NCBI RefSeq assembly: GCF_009914755.1 | Contig: NC_060931.1 | DNA: 64,000 nucleotides | Strand: one strand, 5' to 3' | Source: the human T2T-CHM13v2.0 reference genome, Homo sapiens | Part shown: one piece after another, positions 55,563 to 64,000 of the stretch | How the letters are laid out: every line of letters begins with the position of its first letter | Position numbering within the stretch: position 1 is the first letter of the stretch | Translations under genes and position numbers: made by a program | The notes under the pieces: model-generated | What the model was told of the DNA's origin: nothing | The model's input: the letters and a program-made list of their open reading frames with translations, nothing else | The model's database searches: none

Positions 55563-58036
55563 GTAAAGTTTGACTATCAGAGTTTGATCTTCTCTCCAAG
55601 TTCTTGTGGAATGATTCCATTCAAGCTGCCAGGTACTAAGAATATATAAATGTCTAAATTTATTCTTACATTGTACAATTCATTGTGAGTATTATCTAAT
55701 ACTTTTTTCTAAAAATCACATTAAGTTTGGCCATAGAGAAATACTGGTTATGAAGAGCATGTAATCATTGCATGCCTACATGGTGTAGGAAAATACAGGC
55801 ACACACTGATATTTTACATGTATAGTGTATACAGCAAAGAGAGAAAAAAGAATGGTAATATAGAATTATGAGAATTGTTTTTAAAGTATATTTGAATCTT
55901 TACTAATGACTTTATTGTCTTATTTAGAAAATATGTGACTTACAAATTAAAGCTTAAGGACGAAGACCCTTAATGGAACCATTCATTAGAAGATGCTATC
56001 ATATTCTGACAAAAGGAAAGCATGAATAACTAAAATAATACGAATCTCTAAGGCATTTAAAATATGAAGCAAAAAAATTTTAGGTAAGATACATTTCACA
56101 AAAGAATTTTTGACTTATTAATACTTGGTACTTTCTGTGAATATACTATTGTCACTGGAAATAATATATACTATAGTGAGTTTCAAAAATGTAACTACTT
56201 CACCTAAACTATGTGCTGAGATTTCATTAGAGATGGTATCAATGGTGAGGATGGCAGGAACAAAACTAACCTGAATTATTACAATTTGGAAGTGGTTTGT
56301 TTTGCTCCCAGTACTATCCAGGTTTTGCTACACTGGCTTCATTTTTTGTATTTGTGTCAAGTTTTAACATTTTTCATCATAAAGAAAAATAAAGTTTCTG
56401 TGAGTTTCAGTCAAGAAAATAGTTCATTTTCCTCTCCTTTTATGAGACTCAGTGTGGTAGCTTACATAAGGCATTTCAGCTGAGCAAACCAGCTCTAGTC
56501 AGCTCTTCTCCTCAAAGGGACTGGCACAGAATACAAGACAGGATTTTGGCCCCAAGCCCACAGCAGTCTATATTTTTACCACTAATCATATACATTACCC
56601 CTGTCTTGACACTGAAAACACACATTCTGTGCCAATCATCTATTTTCAGGGAAAAATGCATACGCATCTTGGGATAATTTCCATTTACAACTGGCAATTC
56701 AATCCACTGAATCAAATTGTACTCGTTTTGATTCAAAGCCAATGTGGTAATGCCTAAAGTGTGAATTACAGGCACTGGTTGCAACAATGAGATCACAATA
56801 AAGAAATACAGGAGTTAATGAGAGTAAGAATTCTATACTCCAACACTATGTAAACCATAAAACATTGTCAAAATGGAATAATCATAAACATCTCTCCTCC
56901 TTTTGTGGTGTTATAATATCCTCTCTTTCATGACATTAAGTTGGTGAGATATAACAATTGTTAGCAATCTGGACTGGTTCTCACATTTAAAAAAATACTG
57001 GTGTAAGAAATTTGAAAATCTAGGAGCTCTGATAAAAGCTTGGCTGTAAAGTGAAAGAGAGAAGAAACATATTAGCTAAAAAAGACTACAGGTTTTAATC
57101 ATATTTATTTTGTTTGTAGATTTATCTTATAAAGATGGAGGAGATTAGAGAATTAATAAATGCATAAACTTTGAGGCAGGAGTCAGTAACGTGGAAGAGA
57201 ATAGAAATAAAATAGAAGCAGTGATTGCTGGTGGAGGGAGACCCCAGTGTTGGAAGAGATGGGAGGCAAATGCTTCTGAAAGCAGGTAAAGCCATTTGCT
57301 TCTACAGAAGAAAGGACACTTTTTCTGGGACTGGAGGGAAAAGAGCTACAGGTGGATACAGATAAAATTTGAAGATACAGGAGTTCAAAGAGGAAGGAAT
57401 GAATCCAGCACTCCACTCTTACGCCTAAAGTAAATCAAATACTATCCATTCTAAACAGTATGTGCTCACAATGCCTTTTATTCCTTCCCATTTCCTTTAT
57501 AAATTACAGTTCTCTTTTTCACCTACTCCTTTCTCCTCAGACAGAAGGCAGCAAAAAAAAAAAAAAGAGCTTTAGTGACCTCAGCCAAATAAATAGTTCC
57601 TTGGCCAGTCTGAAAACATGTAAGGCCGTCTAGTTCAATGGAAAAAAACTGTACACATTGTTGTCCTTAAAAAGAGCTTCAATTCTTGAGTATTCCTGGC
57701 AGGTCCATCATCTGAGCCCTCCAGCCTTACATAAACTTTATTGAGTCAGACGGTATATAGAACTAAAGCTCCCAGTTCATAACCACTAGTACTCTGACAA
57801 ACCAAGAATTTCCTAGCTTAAAACCTTGAGCATCACTCTAAACAGTTGTGCATGGCAAGATGAAATACATCACCAAGAAAGCTCTTTTCAAAGTATTTAA
57901 ATATTAATCATGCCTCTGTCTTCAAAAGACGATGTTCTCCCTTTTTGGTCAATAATCACTTATCTGACCAACCAAAAGAATACATAAGCCAATACTTTTG
58001 AAAATGTGTTTTCTGCTTATTAGAAGAAGGTTAAAA

Positions 58037-58059
58037 TTTCTTTCTTTCTTTCTTACTTT

Positions 58060-58090
<31 letters not shown>

Positions 58091-58376
58091 GAGACAGTTT
58101 CGCTCCGTTGCACAGGCTGGAGTGAAGTGGCACAATGGCCCAGTCTCAGCTCCCTGCAACCTCCGCCTCCCAGGTTCAAGTGATTTCTCTTGCCTCAGCC
58201 TCCACAGTAGCTGGGGTTACAGGTGCACGCCACCATGCCTGACTAATTTTTGTATTTTTAGTAAAGACAAAGTTTCGCCATGTTGGCCAGGCTGGTCTTG
58301 AAATCCTGACCTCAAGTGATCCACCAAATGGCCTCCCAAAGTGCTGGAATTACAGGCGTGAGCCACCACACGTGGA
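58037..58376 (-). mobile_element. AluS with long T tract
   Basis: Alu dimer; TSD-like AGAAGGTTAAAATTTCTT / AGAAAGTTGTAATTTCTT. Confidence 0.95.
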
Positions 58377-58434
58377 CAGAAAGTTGTAATTTCTTAAAAA
58401 ATAAAGTCTTACATCTGATTCCTGAATAAACAAT

Positions 58435-58496
58435 GAGATGGATAGATAGATGATAAAAGACAGATGAGAGATAAATAGACAGACAGACAGACAGAT
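58435..58496. repeat. Degenerate (GATA)n/(GACA)n tetranucleotide repeat
   Basis: Directly visible. Confidence 0.8.
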
Positions 58497-59186
58497 ATAT
58501 AGGCAGGCCTTTTATGGATTGTCAGCTTGTATCCAAGAAAGAACCATTATGTATGGTCTCAACCCAAATTGTTTAGCTTGTAATAGGGTTAAAATGTAAA
58601 ATTTAGTTTTTAAATTTTATTTTAAATTATAAATATTTTAGTGTCCTTCTGTATATAAGTATACCTCATTCGTGTCACATTTGTTATTTGGAATACTAAT
58701 GAGCAGTCTAAAGCTTTCATGTGAATCTCTCTGAAATATTTCTATGGTAACACATTTGAGTTATTAGGGCTATAAGCCTGAATTTGAATGTGATATTAAC
58801 TATATACTACTTTCAGGCCTAAATACTACAGAGTGATGAAAGAAAGCAGAAAGACATAATTATAAACATCCAGGAACACAAATATTGGAAGGATAAAGCT
58901 CTGCAAAATTAGGCTTGGCTTGGGTCACATGCTCATGCTGACATAGGTGGGGAGACAGGAACAGGGGCCCTTCACTGCATAAACTGCAGTGGTTAAGAGC
59001 TCAGACTAGAGCCCTATTGGTTAGGTTTGGTTTGACTACTGACTAACACTTATTAGTTATTTTATAACCTTGAACAAGTTACTTAACCTCTGTTTTGTTT
59101 TTGAGGATCTTTGTCTCTAAAATTGATATAATTATAGTAGGTATGTTGTAGGGTTGATATAAGAATTACGTGAATTAAAACACTTA

Positions 59187-59531
<345 letters not shown>

Positions 59532-60201
59532 TCATGTATAGTTATTATTAACAATATGATCATCAACACCGTTATTGATAATCTCACTAGGATCATATGT
59601 AATACAAGTACTTTTTCCATAAGAGGTGAAAAGAAATACCAAGTAGGCAAAAACAAGTTGTTTACTATAGGGAACTAAAGATTTCCTTGAGGAGTAATGC
59701 TATAACCAGGTCATAATGAGCATGTAATTCAAGCAAGACTCAATTACACATGGTTAACCCTAAGCAAACTTTTGAAATATGACTTTAAAGACATCAGCCT
59801 CTCTAGTATCAAATGACTATATGGTAAAATTTCAGTAAGAGTTTTACATATGGCGTCCCATCCTTTATACAAATCATGTGAGTAGAAGTTATTTCCACTA
59901 GTCTACAGCTGAAGAAATGGCCTTAGAAAGGTTACATAACTTGCCCAAGGTTGCTCAGTTTAATAGAAACAGATTTTGTCTTAAGGGCTTCAACAGCAAA
60001 GCCTGTTTTTAACAATGACATCAAAAATATCTCAAGGGGAATATTAGTTCCAAAAGGCATTATAATGAACTAGACTCAACAAACTTAAATGGTTTTCTAA
60101 ATGTAGGATTTTGCCATATCTTTTATATATCCAACGGTTTAATGACTCTATGAGGAGATATATATATAAAATAAAATATGTCCAAAATACATTGGACCAC
60201 C

Positions 60202-60501
60202 TTTTTTTTTTTTCTTCTTGAGACTGAGTCTCACTCTATTGCCCAGGGTGGAGTGCAGTAGCGCAGTCTCGGCTTACTGCAAGCTCCGCCTCCTGGGTTC
60301 AAGTGATTCTCATGCCTCAGCCTCCCAAGTAGCTAGGATTACAGGTGCCCACCAGCACGCCCGGCTAAATTTTGTATTTTTAGTAGAGACAGGGTTTTAC
60401 CATGTTGGCCAGGCTGGTCTTGAACTCCCGACCTCAAGTGATCTGCCCGCCTCGGCCTCCCACAGTGCTGGGATTATAGGCATGGGCCGCCGCACCCGGC
60501 C
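60202..60501 (-). mobile_element. AluS
   Basis: Full dimer; TSD TGGACCAC. Confidence 0.95.
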
Positions 60502-61296
60502 TGGACCACTTTTTATAGTGTCTCCCAGAACCTGGATGCTATAGAAGACACTTTGGCAAACCCTGCATTGTGTTATAGCCTTTCCTCTCCTAAGTAGCAC
60601 GTTCACATGACTGTAAGATCTTATCTCCAAACTTCCCATCCTACTCTTTTTTGCTCAGAGGTGAATCTAACATGTAGCCCTTTGCCATGGTATTTCCATT
60701 TTAGTAAGCTTTCCTTAGTAAAGTCTGCTTTCAGGTACCATTCAATGAGATAAGTATTAACGAGAAGGCGTGTTGTCTTTTTAAGGATTCCTAATACCAC
60801 ATCATAAAGGCAGTCACTTCACCTAGATATAAGGGTAGTATTCTACTTATGCATTTCTAATCTAGGATAAGCAATCGTATCGCAAAGATTATAACCAACA
60901 TATAGGGTGAAATGGAAATCTGAAATGGATAAAAAATTTTCATTCTAAGTGAAAAAATTTGGAATTTTTTTTTTCAGTGTTGGTAAAGCCTGGTATCCTA
61001 CTGCTACTTTACTTTCAATGACTTTGGCATTCCGTGTTAAAATGGGTTCATCTTTCTTTCCTGAATGACTTCTTTGGATGTAACACTAAGTTCAAATGTT
61101 AATGTGGGAGCTGACAAGCCTGTCCTTTCTCCTGAAGACTACAAAGCATGTGATGTTTCCATACTGACAAATACCAGGAATTAGTGAATGTTAACTATTG
61201 TTGTTGTTGCTATTATTTTTTATTATTATTTTATCATGTAAGGCTCACTGACTTATATGCAACCTCTGGAAGTTTCATATAAAAAATAAAACACAA

Positions 61297-61610
<314 letters not shown>

Positions 61611-61825
61611 ACACTAAAAGAAAAACAGATATGTTATCCTTTTACATATGTATAGCACCATGCTGAGAAAAGTGCTTTGGTCACTGGCTCCAGATAAACA
61701 GAGAAAGCTTTAGCCTACACTTGAAAAATTAAACATGAATGGTGTTATTTCTAGAGCATTGCCGCCAACTAAAAAAAAATTCACTTTTGTATTTTTCCTT
61801 TTAAAAAAATACATGAGATTGACCC

Positions 61826-62780
<955 letters not shown>

Positions 62781-64000
62781 ACCCTATCCACAGAACTAAC
62801 TCTGAAATTATAAATGAATGACTTTTTAAAAAATGAAATAAAAGTGATTATTCCAACAGACTAGTAACATATTCCACTTAGAGATAACTTAAAAGATACA
62901 TTAAAATGAAAATAAAGGTATAGATATACTTTTGTTTTGTTTCGTTTTGTTTTGGTACCATCTGAATTATTATCCATCATTATTGGCCATTTTTCATGGT
63001 GAGGAAGAAAAAGGCAGCAAAAGCAAAGGTATGTTTGATTTTCCTCTAAATGATATGAATAAAATCTACATGGGTATGGCAAACAAATTAGAGAGAAGAT
63101 TACCCCAATCTCTGCAAAATGAAACATGCTACAATATGTTTTTTCCTCCAAGACTGAGATAAGGCTATAAATAAACACATAATATGGGTTTTTTTTTTCC
63201 TCTGAAAATTTGGAAAATATTCTAGTTTAACATGATTATGTAGGCCGTCACCGTTTTTAAAAATTGCATTAAGCCCATAAACTCATTCTAAATTGGCAGA
63301 TCTTTAAAAAGGATGTTTATGTTTACAGATTCTAATGCTTTTGAGAAAACAGACACCCATTTCCATTTCCTTTGCTTCTCAACACATCATGCTGGTGACA
63401 GATGTTTCTGAACTGTTTCAATGTCCCTGTCTAAATAGAAAATGCACACTTAATGATACCCATGTGTGTATATTTCTATTTCTAGTCTTATCTTTATATA
63501 TCTACAAAAGATTGTTCCCCTTGGTAATTATAGTCCTATTCAATATTAATGAATTATTGGCAGAAAGTCACTTTTTATGTATATATCTACACACAAAAGA
63601 TCTGTTTTTGTACATTATGATGACTATAGATACTCACTTATGTTTGCTTGTAAATGTAAATGGTCACAATGTTTATATATTTTTCTTTTAAAAGCTTAAA
63701 CTTCATATGCTTATTTTCAAGGCATATAGTGAAGGTATTGTTTATTGTGAGAGAGTAAAAGAAAAGCAGCTTAGTGTCAGCTCTGCTGTCTCTGACTAAT
63801 CTGCAAGCCACCCACTTTAATGGCTCTTCATAAATAATTCAAATTTTAATTATGCTGCCAGCCTCTGACCTGAAGAGAAATGAAGAAAGAAAAGGAAAAG
63901 AATGGGCCAGGGAAAGCATATCAGTTGAATCAAATTGTGCCTACAGTAAATGACTTTGTGTCTCACAGCTGCACTTTCCTACTCAAGATGCACCTGCTTC

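Noticed and set aside
63335-63691. 118-aa hydrophobic ATG-initiated ORF
   Set aside because: T-rich low-complexity composition explains the hydrophobicity; no promoter, splice or homology support.

Overview
AT-rich primate genomic DNA, most likely human (AluJ/S/Y, L1, L2, MIR, MER, MLT/MST and HERV elements). I recognise no intact protein-coding gene, rRNA, tRNA or CRISPR array. Most ORFs in the supplied track are Alu-, L1- or ERV-derived or are chance frames. The best-supported complex feature is a 3.24-kb internally deleted ERVL provirus of the HERV-S/HERVL18 type (1219-4458). It has two LTR18-like LTRs, a tRNA-Ser PBS, decayed protease/RT/RNase H, a duplicated polypurine tract and a 56-bp higher-order minisatellite. 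The most intriguing signal, and an unproven one, is a cluster of decayed, protein-like, splice-site-bounded minus-strand segments in non-repeat DNA (about 13.7-21.6 kb, with possible outliers at 5.3, 44.6 and 56.7 kb). Their intron phases are mutually compatible and one reading frame continues across an LTR insertion, so they may be the fossil of an ancient multi-exon gene. Repeat subfamily names are from recall of consensus sequences, not a database search, and boundaries of old repeats are approximate.
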